Shown: positions 1-13,459 of the stretch, piece after piece
Layout: every line of letters begins with the position of its first letter
How positions within the stretch are numbered: position 1 is the first letter of the stretch
Source of the DNA: Octopus sinensis
Taxonomy: Eukaryota
Reading direction: 5' to 3'
NCBI RefSeq assembly: GCF_006345805.1
Contig: NC_043000.1
Coordinates: forward strand, 94,302,001-94,366,000
Length of the DNA stretch: 64,000 bases
Notes under the pieces: generated by a model
Databases searched by the model: none
The model's input: only the letters and a program-made list of their open reading frames with translations
What the model was told of the DNA's origin: nothing
Made by a program: the position numbers and the translations under genes

Positions 1-350
1 AAAACAAAATAGGGCGTTTACCTAGACAGAAAGGAAATCATTATGAATCGTTTCAACTCTAAATTAAATCACATAGTCGAAATTTATTCTGAAAAATAAA
101 AGGACAAAAATTATTGAATGAGAAAGAGCGTGTATATGTGAGTGAGTGTTTGTATGTACAAGAGACAGCGACTCGCGTAGTCTTATTCTCTTTTTGTTTC
201 ATAGCTATAAGGCAGAAGGAACTTAATAGCATCAGTTTTACAGTCACTATGCAATCATTAGGAAATGGCTTGGAGTTTAAACTATCTGCTATGTGTACTA
301 GAAAGTGTTTCCATAATAGAATATATGGAGAATATTTCTGGCGTGAAGAG

Positions 351-450
351 NNNNNNNNNNNNNNNNNNNNNNNNNNNNNNNNNNNNNNNNNNNNNNNNNN
401 NNNNNNNNNNNNNNNNNNNNNNNNNNNNNNNNNNNNNNNNNNNNNNNNNN
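351..450. other. Assembly gap (100 N)
   Basis: Run of N. Confidence 1.
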
Positions 451-620
451 GCGCGGTTCTTGAACGCTGATCCATTACTTGCTCCCCAGACAAAAAAAGT
501 GTGGCGGTGTTAAATCAGATAATCTTGGAAGCCTAAGTCCTTTTGAAATGATCTGTTCACCGAAAAACTCTTGAAGTAGTGCTATGGTGATGCGCAGGAT
601 GAAAAAAATTCACTACGGAG
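451..620 (-). mobile_element. Tc1/mariner-superfamily transposase fragment
   Basis: Minus strand reads TIALLQEFFGEQIISKGLRLPRLSDLTPPHFF, a degraded WPPRSPDLTPxDFFLWG motif. Truncated by the gap. Confidence 0.75.
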
Positions 621-680
621 AGACTCTTTGAACACAATGTGCATACAACACACACACATACACACACACACACACATATA

Positions 681-713
<33 letters not shown>

Positions 714-1049
714 CCATAGGTGTGTGTACACGTACATACACGTATATATATGCATATACATATGTGTGTGTGTTAGTATGTATATATATATTTATACACA
801 TGCACGTATTCATAACTGCTTGTTTGTGTGTAAGTGTGAATATGTGATTATGGGTTCGTGCTGGTATGTATCAGTACTCTTAGAGTGGAATAACAATTAT
901 TCAAAGCCGAGTACATGTGAGTCACTCCTCAATGGTTATCATTTCCGTTGGATGCCCGAGGAACGGAAAATAAACCACGGGCTCAGGTATGAATATATGC
1001 GTGTATACATACATACATACATACATACATACATACATACATACATACA

Positions 1050-1082
<33 letters not shown>

Positions 1083-1326
1083 GCATGCATGCATGCATGC
1101 ATCCACACACGAATACATACATATAAATACATAATGCATACATACATTCATGTTATACGATTGTCTTATTCAATATTCGGGTGATGACATCACAAGTTGC
1201 ATTGTCATCATGGATCTTTTAGAAACGTGAATTTATACGCGGAGAAAATAATGTATATAAATACAGAAACATCCATCCAAACTTTACGCATAGTATATAT
1301 ATATATATTTGTGTGTGTATGTATGT

Positions 1327-1402
<76 letters not shown>

Positions 1403-1406
1403 ATAC

Positions 1407-1439
<33 letters not shown>

Positions 1440-1521
1440 TGTATTGTATGTATGTATGTATTATGTATGTATGTATGCATGTATATTTATGTATATGTAT
1501 AGTTTAGGACAATCAGCAAGT

Positions 1522-1594
1522 TGTCATAATATGATTCAGAGTTTCAAATGCCGGAGCTAAGAGCTACGATGCATTTTCGTCGGCTATTTTGACA
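1522..1594 (-). ncRNA. Variant or decayed type I hammerhead ribozyme
   Basis: TGTCAAAATAG-CCGACGA-AAATGC..GCATTT-GAAA-CTCTGAA-TC-ATATTATGACA. U4C core, 6-bp helix II, mismatches at pairs 15.2/16.2 and 1.1/2.1. Confidence 0.6.
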
Positions 1595-1770
1595 GCAGAC
1601 GCTATGAAAAAGACTGTTGAATAAAAGGAAACTTACTCAAATAGACAGCAAAAATTATAAAAGATAAAAAATGAAAAATAAAAATTATAAAACATACATG
1701 CAACCATATTCTCACAAAACAGATAAGACCTGCGTTCGTAAAGTCTACACGCTCGCATAAACATGTATAG

Positions 1771-1847
<77 letters not shown>

Positions 1848-2299
1848 TACCCATATACCCACAAAACATGCGTTCATTTACGTGCTCATATACACGTCTC
1901 TACACGCACACACGCATATACAAATATATATACATACACATACATGTATAAATATGCAGACAGACATACATATATGCATGTACACAACTTCATCTTCATA
2001 TACACATAGATGTATGCTTACAAATATATTAGACGTTTATCCATATAGAATATACTCAGACATGCACACAAACACATACATATACATCTTCCTAACAACA
2101 CACAACCGCAGATATACATACATGCACGCGTAGACATATATACAAACGCACACACATACACATTTAACATATGCATACATGTATATATACTCATACACGT
2201 ATACATTCACACAATTAAAAAAGGAAAAAAAGGAAAAAATATTTTAAAATATATATAAAACAATAAAAAAATGTTAAGACATATGGAAAGCTTGTACGA

Positions 2300-3260
2300 G
2301 ATCAAAATAAAAAAGCAGGTTTTATCCGTGATCTTGGGAGCACAAAACGTTAACAAGTATGTTGTCATATGTGGACATAAACCAAAAAGTTCAGTTCTCG
2401 AATTTAGACATGTAGTGGGGTCTAAGGAACTTTTCCAGATGAGCCATTTTTCCATATCACAAAGACAGCACTTACCACTACCGTTGGTATAAGATTTACA
2501 CTTGACCAAGATCTTCCTGTAAATCCTATAGCTGACGCCTTGCTGTTTAAGAACCATATATGACTGGATAATTTGGTTGTTTTTCAGTATATCCCTGTGT
2601 CTGAAACTTAAGGTGTGATTATTGAACCTAGCTTTAAAATTTCCCTCTGTGAGACCCACATATCTCTTTGACAAAACTGGGTTCTCAGCAGTCGTATAAT
2701 CTACGGTGGGTTTTATAAATAATGGCTTCGGTCATACAGGCACCATTTAACAGACACAAGTCTGGAACAGCCGGCTTCGTGTTGTGATTTTGTGTGGTGT
2801 GCAATTATATTTTTAAAATTTGTGGTTGAACTAAAACTAATTTTTAGGTTATGCCTACTGAAGAGTTTCCTATATTTATGATTTATGGGAAAGTGCCTAT
2901 CTATAAGTGACAAGAAATATTTACCTATATTAAAGGTCACTTCAGAGGGGTAAGGTGGTGTGAACCAGATAAGTTTCCTGTGTCTATATTTTATTCTCTG
3001 TATTTCTGACCTAATAACATATGTGTACGCTATTTCCTCTTTAAATCCACTATCTTTAAGAGCTTTGTTGTATAATGGGACGACATTATTAAATATGTTT
3101 ATATCGGAGGAGAGAGTAGAAATTCTTCTGCTAATATTCTTAACTAAATTCTTAAACACTATGGGGATGGGGTCGCAGCAACCTACCTTATATTTACAGA
3201 TAAATTCCTCTATTTACATAATATCGAGGTCTCTTTCATTCTTTTGTTGTCTTACCATTT
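2300..3260 (-). mobile_element. Penelope-like element fragment 1 (RT C-terminal region plus GIY-YIG endonuclease), frameshifted
   Basis: ORF 2713-3159 (KNISRRISTLSSD..KLIWFTPPY..NIGKYFLSLIDRHFP..KISFS) and ORF 2207-2674 (YVGLTEGNFKARFNNH..KCCLCDMEK..LNSRTELFGLCPH) match PLE RT-thumb, linker and GIY-YIG motifs. Confidence 0.9.
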
Positions 3261-3462
3261 CTATCAACCTTCTTCTTCTTTCTTTTCTTTCTCTTCTTCT
3301 TCTTTCTTTTCTTTCTCTTCTTTTTCTTCTTCTTCTTCTTCTTCTTCTTCTTCTTCTTCTTCTTCTTTTTCTTTCTTTTCTTTCTCTTCTTCTTCTTCTT
3401 CTTCTTCTTCTTTCTTCTTCTTTTTTTTCCCTTTTTTTCTGTGTTTTCTTGTTTGGATTAAC

Positions 3463-3494
<32 letters not shown>

Positions 3495-3526
3495 TTGGAA
3501 GGTTTGGAGATGATGTACATGTATTT

Positions 3527-3742
3527 TATATTAGAAGAAATGAGGTGCTCTGAAAATCGGATAGTTTATGTTTACAGATATTTATTTGTATATTACATTT
3601 TTTATATATCATATAACTTAGATCATGTATTTGATCTAGAATGGGAGAAAGCGCTAATACATGTTATGAAAAATGTAATATACAAATAAATATCTAAATA
3701 TAAACCATCCGATTTTCTGAGTACCTCATTTCTTCTAATATA
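3527..3742. repeat. Foldback element with about 75-bp inverted arms
   Basis: tattagaagaaatgaggtgctctgaaaatcggatag... pairs with ...ccatccgattttctgagtacctcatttcttctaata. Confidence 0.8.
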
Positions 3743-4309
3743 TATATATATATATACATATATATATACGACGGGCTCCATTCATGTGCCGTTAACCAAA
3801 TCCATTCCCATGGTTTTGGTTAGCAAAAGAAACTTGCCCAAGATGCTACACAGCGAGACTAAACCCACTGGAGATAATGGAGTAAATTACCTTTTTTAAA
3901 TATGTGAGTTGCTCGAAAAACGTTTCAGTTACCTCTTGGCCTTAATCATATTGAATATACCTTATCTTTTTCCCTTTAGTCTTATCCTTATATATGTATT
4001 TTACATCCAGTTTGCTTAGTGTCGGACGAGTTGTTATCAGCGTAACTTCGAAGTGACAGCGAAATTAATAAAACATTTTGACTACTTTTGCAAGGTTCTT
4101 TTTCTTTCTTTCATTTTCATGTGAATGCTGTATTGTGATTTCCCTGTAACATAAAAACATGATATGGTGGTGACGAGTGCATGCGCGTGCGTATTTGTGT
4201 GTGTTAATGTGTATGTGTGTATGTGCATAAGTCTGAGTGCGTGCGTATTAGTGTGTGTATGTTGCGTATTTGTGTGTGCGTGCCTGTTAGTGTGTGTCTG
4301 TGTGTTTGT

Positions 4310-4347
<38 letters not shown>

Positions 4348-5735
4348 CGAAATCCCTCACAGCCTCTGCTTCCAAATCCTATTTACAATGTGTAAGTCAA
4401 CCAATGTGTTGGTCAATCATAGCAAAAGACTCTTACCAAAACTAGCGCGCATTGAGATCAAATTCGGAATTGTATGATGGCCAAACGAATTTTATAAGTT
4501 TACAGCCGTAAAATGAGTGTAACCGTTTTTGATTTATATGTTACTGTTACGTATAAAACATTTATTTATGAATTATTTCGCTAAATCTGCTTGAATAACA
4601 CTTTCTAAATTTCTGTTAAAGTAAACGAGTTCACGAAAAGAATAGGGGAATTTTGAATAAATGCAAAGTAAACATCTTCATGTATAAATACACTTTGATA
4701 TTGTTGGCGATGGGAGCCATTTTAGTCCTGGAAAGCAATCTGTGCTTCTCACGTTAAATAAGAGACACAGACCGCTTATTTGATGAGCTTTGAAAATGAC
4801 TGTACACAATAACGGTAGAATGAAGAATACAATATATTAATCATGTGATGTAAGTGTATAACAGTTGTGTGTGTGAATGTGAACTCTCCGTGTGTGTTCA
4901 TTCATGAGCGTGTATATGAGTATTTGAGTTATTCATTGTATTCTATGTATGTATTATAACGAACTAATATATATATACACATATATATATATATATTTAT
5001 ATATCACGACCGAAATGCACGAAATAATTAGTAATATTTGCTTATGACAGCCAGTCAAAACTCCAATGAATAGTGCGATACTCAGTCTCAAACGCATGCG
5101 CACACAAAAACTAACATGCTCTTATACGTACTTTCACTTTCTTCTCTCCTTCATTACTGTCTTCCCATCTTCTCCTCTGCTCTCACTAGCTCTCTCTCTC
5201 TCTCTCTTCATCCTCTCTCCCTCCATCCCCCCCTCTCTCTCTCTCTAACTGCAACTGAATCTCTGTCTAACCTGATTCCTCGATCGCTCGATGTTGTCAA
5301 CTTCCTACTTCCCTTCTTTCTTCTCCCACTATCTCAAAATTCTCACTGCCTCAAAATCTATTTTTCGCTCTGCCTCTCTCTTACTCTCTTTCACTCTTTC
5401 ACTCATAATCTTTCCCGCTCCCTTTCCCTCTCCTTCTCTTTCTCTCTCTCCTCTTTCTGCATTACTTTCATGATATCCCTCGTTCTTTCAATGTCATTCT
5501 TTCTCTACCTGTTCTGCTCCCTCTCTATATTATCCTATCCTCAGCTGATCGTTACTCTCCGTATTTCCTTATCTCACCCTCTCTACCTATTTTCCTCTTT
5601 CTCTCTCTTTCTATCACTCACTATCTCTTTCTCTCTCACTCAGTCTCACTCTCTTTCTCTCTTTCTTGTTTCCGCGCCATTTACTGTCTGGAGTTCCTTA
5701 AATTTCTCCTTACCTTCATATATATGTACACACAC

Positions 5736-5775
<40 letters not shown>

Positions 5776-6037
5776 CATACATACATACATACACATACGC
5801 ATACACACGCGCTAACTCGTATACCTAATGTATGATGTATGCGTATATATGTATGTATGTATATATACATATATATATATATATAATTATATATATATAA
5901 TATATATATATATATATACATATATATATGTATATATATTATATATATTATATTATATAATATATATACATATATATATAGACACATATTTATATGTATA
6001 TAGATAGATTGATAAATAGATAAGTACATACATACAT

Positions 6038-6099
<62 letters not shown>

Positions 6100-7230
6100 T
6101 ATATATACATATATATGTATGTATGTATATGTATGTATTATGTATGTATATATACAGAGAAACAGATATAAATACATACATATACACATACAAATACACT
6201 CATACTTATATGCACGCATACACACATTACATCAACTTACTAGCTGCATTCCCCACCTTTTTCTAGCTTTTTTTCAATTTTTATTTATTTATTTATTTAT
6301 TTATTTATTGTTCACTGCCTAACCAATATCCGCTCCACTATGCTCTAACGTAACAACGTCCATTGCCATATATATGCTGCTTCATTGGAATTTCTTTAGT
6401 TATAATACCTAACGGGGTCAAATGTGATTCATATACAAGATATCTGTATATGAATCTAACAACACTGCAATATTAATTTCCTCCTGGCATTATATCTATG
6501 CCTTAGAAAAAAAAATGAAAAAGTAAAAGAAATTATTTCCTGCTTATGTACCATGTAACCACTCTTATAAGCGACATATAACGTTATAGTAACTTCAGTT
6601 AAATGCGCCATTTTGTAGCTTGAATGCGTAACCCAGTTTCGTACCGTCTTTCTATGTCACTTGCATTGGTTTCTGTTGAAGGCACGTGGGTTGATTAGTA
6701 GATATCATCAACTCCTGTGCTAGACTGGTACTTTGTTTTATCGACCCCGGTGGGACGAAAAACAAACTTACCGTTAGCGGTATGTGAACTCAAAACGTAA
6801 GGAGCTGGGAACAAAGATTACAAAACATTTTTTCAATGCTCGCTACCTTTAATAATAGTTCATGATTTAAACACACGCCCATTAATTTTAAGGAATGGGT
6901 TAGTCGATACCATCAACCATGGAATGTGTTCTAAATATACCAAACATATGGAATGTAGCTCTAGATATACCATCCATATAGAATGTAGTTCTAAATATAC
7001 CAAAGAGGCAGAATGGTCACGACTGGTTATGAAACCTATTTAATCAGGGTTGGCCTGATAGGATGAATGCTGTTACATTCATCCTATCATTACCAATCAC
7101 CTCTACAATTTAAATAAATTTTCCCATGAGCCCCATGATTTTCGAAGGTTTGTCTACTCTAGTATCTGATTTTACTAATAACAATGAACTCATTTTCCTA
7201 CTTTTAGCCCGTAACTGAAACAATATGTAA

Positions 7231-7620
7231 TAGGCGCAGGAGTGGCTGCGTGGTAAGTAGCTTGCTTATCAACCACATGGTTTCGGGTTCTGTTCCACTG
7301 CGTTGCACCTTGGGCAAGTGTCTTCTACTATAGCTTCAGACCGACCAAAGCCTTGTGAGTGGATTTGTTAGACGGAAACTGAAAGGAGCCCGTTGTATAT
7401 ATATATGTTTGTGTTTCTGTGTTTGTTCCCACCACCATCGTTTGACAACCGAACTTGGCGCGTTTACGTCCTCGTAACTTAGCGGTTCAGCAAAAGAGAC
7501 CGATAGAATAAGTACTTGGCTCACAAAGAATAAGTCCTGGGATCGATTTTTTCGACTAAAGGCGGTGCTCCAGCATAGCTGCAACCAAATTACTGAGACA
7601 AATGAAAATAAAATAAATAA
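7231..7620 (+). mobile_element. tRNA-derived SINE, family B (TAGGCGCAGGAGTGGCTG head)
   Basis: tRNA-like head with A/B boxes, ttgggcaagtgtctt core and ggtgctccagcat..actgaaacaa tail. Many copies in the window. Confidence 0.85.
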
Positions 7621-7769
7621 TTATACTTGAACTTCTTTTGGGAATCTGTCATACCAAATATCCAAAAGAACTTCGTGAGGTTTTAATTCTAGCAAGATAG
7701 GACATCTTCACACTGCCAATATAATGTAAAGGCTCCTCTTGAAGAGATTTTGTGAAAAAGAAGGAATTG

Positions 7770-8181
7770 ATGAAAAGGTTCACCGGACCTCAGACCATCA
7801 GACATTTATTACGGAGAAACCGTCTTCTGGTGCTGTAAAGAGTCAGGGGTAATTACCAGAGAATTTCTACGATTACACCAGCCCCAATTTCTGGCCTCAT
7901 GGTTCCCTTAGTCGAAAATGACACCCACCGCTCAGCCTGCAACATCAAAGTTGAGCTCGTGACCAAAATCAGGAATGTTTTCGAAAATCTTCCCAAGAAC
8001 ACCGTGAGGAACACATGCACCAGGCTTCGCAGCCATCTGAAGGCCGTGGTGAAAGATGAGGGCAGCAACTTTGAGTTAACTGTTATTTCCCAGCCATAAT
8101 CTGATATTTTTGTTTATTTGAAATACTTCTATTTTTGGATGGGATATTGTGCAAACTGTCAAATTTATCTCCAACACCCTG
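7770..8181 (+). mobile_element. maT/DD37D-type mariner 3' fragment with right TIR
   Basis: ENFYDYTSPNFWP..VENDTHRSACNIKVELVTKIRNVFENLPKNTVRNTCTRLRSHLKAVV. Ends gtcaaatttatctccaacaccctg, the reverse complement of the TIR type at 49122. Confidence 0.8.
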
Positions 8182-8585
8182 AATAGGCATAAGGCGTGAA
8201 ATTTGGAGGAAAAGACTAGTCGTTACCATCCGCCTCAGTACTTGACTGGTACTTTATTTTATCGACCTCGAAGTGATTAATGTTAAAGTTGAACTTTGGT
8301 GGGATTTGAAAGCAATGTGTAAAAAACCGTAAGAAATATTGCCACGAATTATTGTAATATCTTTAATCGAACCCCTAGGTGACGGGAGCATAAATAAAAT
8401 AACACCGTTTGTTAGCTGATGAGAAGCAAACACAAACAAAGGCATATGCATGTGTAAGGCCGTTGTATATGTGTGTGTTTATGTGTATTGATAGATAGAT
8501 AAATAAATAGATAGATAGATATTGAGAAAGAGAGATAGATAGGCAGACAAGCAGACAGATAGACAGACAGATAGATGGATGAATG

Positions 8586-8649
<64 letters not shown>

Positions 8650-8650
8650 T

Positions 8651-8730
<80 letters not shown>

Positions 8731-9193
8731 GACGTGCTTCCAAATAATTTCCGCTAACCAAACCCTCTACTAAGGTATTATTCGGCTTGGTGCTCTAAAA
8801 GAAGACACCTCCTGGAGATGCCGGTCGTGACGTGGGTCTGAACCCGAAACCACGTGGCTATGAACGAAATTTCTTGAACATGCGACCACACCAATCTCCA
8901 ATAGTTAAACAATTAGAAGAAGCTTTCGAAATCACTTTCGCGAATTTGGCTAACTTAAAAAGTCTGCAAGTGGCCCCAACCAATTTTCTTCATATTCATA
9001 ACATTCAATCCTACCGATCGTTCTTGGCATACGTTTCTATCCCGATTGCCTTCGATTCCAACTCTCTATATCTATTGGTATTCTTTCTATCTCTCTCAAT
9101 TGCTCTCCTCTTCTCTTCACTATGCCCACGTCATTCATTCCCTCTCTCTTCACTCCTCTCTCACCACCTCTTGGGCTCTTTCTCTCTGTCCCC

Positions 9194-9233
<40 letters not shown>

Positions 9234-9467
9234 ATTGTCCCCCTTCTTCTCCCTCTTCTGTATTGGCAGTCTGTGCTTATGTTGATTTCAAATGATTTCT
9301 TCTTCTTCTCCCTCAGTTTGGCAATCTCTTTTGTCCGGCCGTCCATTTCTGTTTGAATATTTGGCTGGCTCTTGTCGATTGTTCCCCATAACTCGTACAT
9401 CTCGCTCGCATTCTTTCCTGTTTCCCCGCCACTTCGAACACACCCAAATATACAAGTACACACAAAT

Positions 9468-9500
<33 letters not shown>

Positions 9501-9679
9501 CACACACATACACACGCGCGCACGCATAGAACCGCACGCACACATACAAACAAACAAGCATATATACATACATAACATATATGCTTACACACACATATAT
9601 ATATACAGAGAGAGAGAGAGGAGAGAGAGGGGAGAGAGAGACGCATTCATACTAATCGTATACATAGAGACAGACAGAC

Positions 9680-9740
<61 letters not shown>

Positions 9741-10166
9741 TGCTTATATACATATATGCATTTACGTGTGTGTGTGTATGTGTGTGAGTGTGTGTCGTAA
9801 ATATATGTATATGTATATGTGTATGCATATGTATGTGTGTATATATATATATATAATATATATATAATATATATATATACTCATATACATATACATATAT
9901 ACATACATACATATATATACACATATACATATTTGCATATATATATATATATATATATACATACATTTACAAGTATATAGAAATATATATGTATGTATAT
10001 GAGAGAGGGAGAGAGAGAGAGAGAGAGGGGGGAAAAGAAACAGACAGACAGTGCGAGACAGGCAGGTAGAGGGAGAAGGAGATACAAACATCAAATTCAT
10101 CGTGGTATTTGTATGGCACGCTTAGTTATGACGTCCCTTTTAGTTTTCCTGTCTTCTTTATCCTAC

Positions 10167-10219
<53 letters not shown>

Positions 10220-10587
10220 TTCTCTTTCTCTAACTCACTTTCACCTTCTCATTTCCTTTCTTTGCACTCAACCCCTTCTTTCACGATAATCTCTTTATAT
10301 CTCTACTACGCTTTCTTGCAATTATTCACTTATCCCTACGCAAAGTAGATAATCATACCCACCTTTTTCTTCTCTTTCTACCCCCTACCTATTTGTCTGT
10401 TCCTCTCTCTTTCCACCTCTCTCCTCCCTCACCTTTTCTTTCTCTCCCCATACATATATGTATGCATGTATGCATGTATGTATTCATACATATATGTATG
10501 TATATGTATGTGTTGATATATATGTAGATGTATTTATATACGTATGTATATGTATATATTTATATATGTATGTGTATGTATATATAT

Positions 10588-10636
<49 letters not shown>

Positions 10637-10945
10637 TTGTATATATATATATAATATATTATATAATTTAATAAATAAAATATATGCATACATACATACA
10701 TATATGTACGTACCTACATCTACATGTATATATACATGCATATATATATATATATATACATAATACATATTAGGGAATAAATCCAAATTTACAGGGAAAA
10801 AAATCAGATTTAGGATTAAATCCAATTTTATAGTAAAATATTATATAATATTAATTAGAGACAAAACCAGTATTTTGCAAAACAAACAAGGAAAGACTTA
10901 ATCAATACATAAAATTTTAATAAAAAGTAAAAAATAAAAAAACCG

Positions 10946-10988
10946 CCACTACAATTGTTTCATGTCTTGAACGACAATCTTCAGGTGG
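10946..10988 (-). ncRNA. Minimal type I hammerhead ribozyme, intact core
   Basis: CCAC-CTGAAGA-T-TGTC-GTTCAA-GACA-T-GAAA-CAATTG-TA-GTGG. Palindromic helix III, GUA site, U.U at 10.1/11.1. Confidence 0.85.
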
Positions 10989-11219
10989 ATTTCCGATCTA
11001 AAATATCAATATTTTAAAATATAAGTATAAAAAATAATTTTAAAATAATTAAAGTATCAATGAAAAAATATACATATATAATCTATATATAACCTATATA
11101 TAATCCATATATAATCAATATATAAACTAAAATAAACCTATCAACAATTAAATATATATTTTAAAATATATATATATATAATATATATATATATAATATA
11201 TATATTATATACTCTTTTT

Positions 11220-11350
11220 ACTATTTTACTTGTTTCAGTCATTTGACCGCTGCCATGCTGGAGCACCGCCTTTAGTCGAGCAACTCGACCCCAGGACTTA
11301 TTCTTTTGTAAGCCCAGCACTTATTCTATCGGTCTCTTTTGCCGAACCGC
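11220..11350 (-). mobile_element. SINE family B, 3' portion
   Basis: Reverse complement of the family B tail. Confidence 0.8.
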
Positions 11351-11359
11351 TAAGTATAT

Positions 11360-11570
11360 ATATGAGTACAGGACGCCACAAATAGACGTAGAACTCAACG
11401 AGAAACTAAAACATAAAAACATGGAAACGGACTTTTTTTAACAACGAAAAAACAGAGCACAAGACAAACAACACAAGGAACATTCCCCTTCATCAGCTGT
11501 CCCCGGTTCGACTCCATGCGTGTTTCGAAGGTAAGGATAGTTTTTGGAAAACACGACCCGTCGAACATAT
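11360..11570 (-). mobile_element. PLE-terminus-like short element with decayed HHR and orphan CUGAUGA
   Basis: CCTTC-GAAA-C..GAGTC-GAACC..ACAG-CTGATGA-AGGGG, then a U-rich tail ending gtcctgtactcatat. Homologous to 19160-19365 and the arms of 19866-20170. Confidence 0.55.
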
Positions 11571-11702
11571 GTATATAAGCAAATTTTATAAATGTAAAGT
11601 GGTACCACATTGCTAGAAATAAGAGTTAAAATGACTCATTAGGCAAAAGCGTTATCTTCGTAAGTTGACAATGGAGACAAAGCTCCCTACGGTTGCAGAT
11701 AT

Positions 11703-11760
11703 AGCCATATCACGTGATTTCGAATTTTGATGAAGAGCATCTTAATTCTCGTCAGTGACT
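11703..11760 (-). ncRNA. Type I hammerhead ribozyme, fully canonical core
   Basis: AGTCA-CTGACGA-GAATT-AA-GATG-CTCTT-CATC-AA-AATTC-GAAA-TCACGTGA-TA-TGGCT. G10.1-C11.1 pair, 10-nt palindrome ATCACGTGAT, AUA site. Confidence 0.9.
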
Positions 11761-12049
11761 CTTACGGAACCTAGGTTTAAGCTCAAATCGCCTCGCCAAC
11801 GGCCAACTGATACGAAATACATTTGAAAACATATGCTGATTTCAAAAGCGGTAGAGGTGTAAACTATAAATAACGTAATTAGCTTATTTCCAATTAAAAA
11901 TATTAAATGCAAATTTATAGACGTTACTAAAGTGAAGAAGGGTACATAGTGGTAGCAGTATTTCTAGAAATAAGAGTTAAAACGACTCATTAGTCATAAA
12001 AGCGCTGTGCCTTTAGGTTTTTAAATTGCCAATAAGCTACCCACATTAT

Positions 12050-12140
<91 letters not shown>

Positions 12141-12212
12141 TTATAATTAATAACAACAATAATATAAATGGCCAGTAAACATTAAAGCCAAAAAGGCAAA
12201 TTTATGAATTTA

Positions 12213-12973
12213 TTATATTGAGGATACATGAAGTACCAGCGTTGCTAGAAACAGGAGTCGAAAAATACTCAAATAAGCCACCATTTCAATGAAAATGCAA
12301 CAGGCTGACAAAAGTCGCGGGACGAGCAAAATATAAGTTACCATTGCGGTTGAAAGTTGCAAATGAGGATCACGTGTATATCTATATCACGTGATTTTGA
12401 ACTTTGAGATATTTCCCTTAGTTCTCAGCAGTAAGTCTCGCTGTTAGCCAAGGGTTGAATATATTTTTCGACACTTAATTCTAGGAACGCTGGTACAAAA
12501 TCGTTGAAAGATCAACGCCAAACTCAAACTATATCAGTGTATAAATTATACATAAATGAATAAAGATATTAATATTATTAATAATAAATAATAACAACAA
12601 TAATATAAGTGGCCACCAAGCATTAAAGCCAAAAAAGCAAATGTATAAATTTATAATTGATTATTAATTATATTGAGGATACACGAAGTAGTAGCGTTGC
12701 TAAAAATAAGAGTCGAAAATTATATTTAACCCTTGGCTAACAGCGTGACCGACTGCTGAGTTCAAAGGGAAATATCTCAAAGTTCGAAATCATTTGATAT
12801 AGGTATATCTGTGATACGCATTAGCGATTTTCAGCCGCAATGGTACGTTAAATTTTGCCCATCCCTCGATTTTTGTTAGCCTGTTGTATTTTCAGTGAAA
12901 TGATAGCTTATTTGAGTATTTTTCAACTCATTTCTAGCAACGGTGAGATTCCGTGTACCCTCAATATAATTAA
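12213..12973. mobile_element. Two TIR-bounded cassettes of about 300 bp in opposite orientation, each with a mutated HHR
   Basis: TIR gaggatacacgaagtaccagcgttgctagaaataagagtcgaaaa. HHR-like motifs at 12380-12436 (-) and 12748-12804 (+), both with core CTGCTGA. Confidence 0.7.
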
Positions 12974-13029
12974 TATTACCTCTCATAACCTCTCTCTATA
13001 CACACACACACATATATATATATACACAC

Positions 13030-13345
<316 letters not shown>

Positions 13346-13459
13346 TTCATATATACGTATGCATAATATACGTATATATATGTGTATTTATATATATGAA
13401 TATATATATATGTATATATGTATATGCATGTGTATATGTATATATATGTATATGTTCTT

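Noticed and set aside
7231-7310. tRNA-like sequences at SINE heads
   Set aside because: They have A/B boxes but no complete cloverleaf and continue into SINE bodies, so they are not called as tRNA genes.
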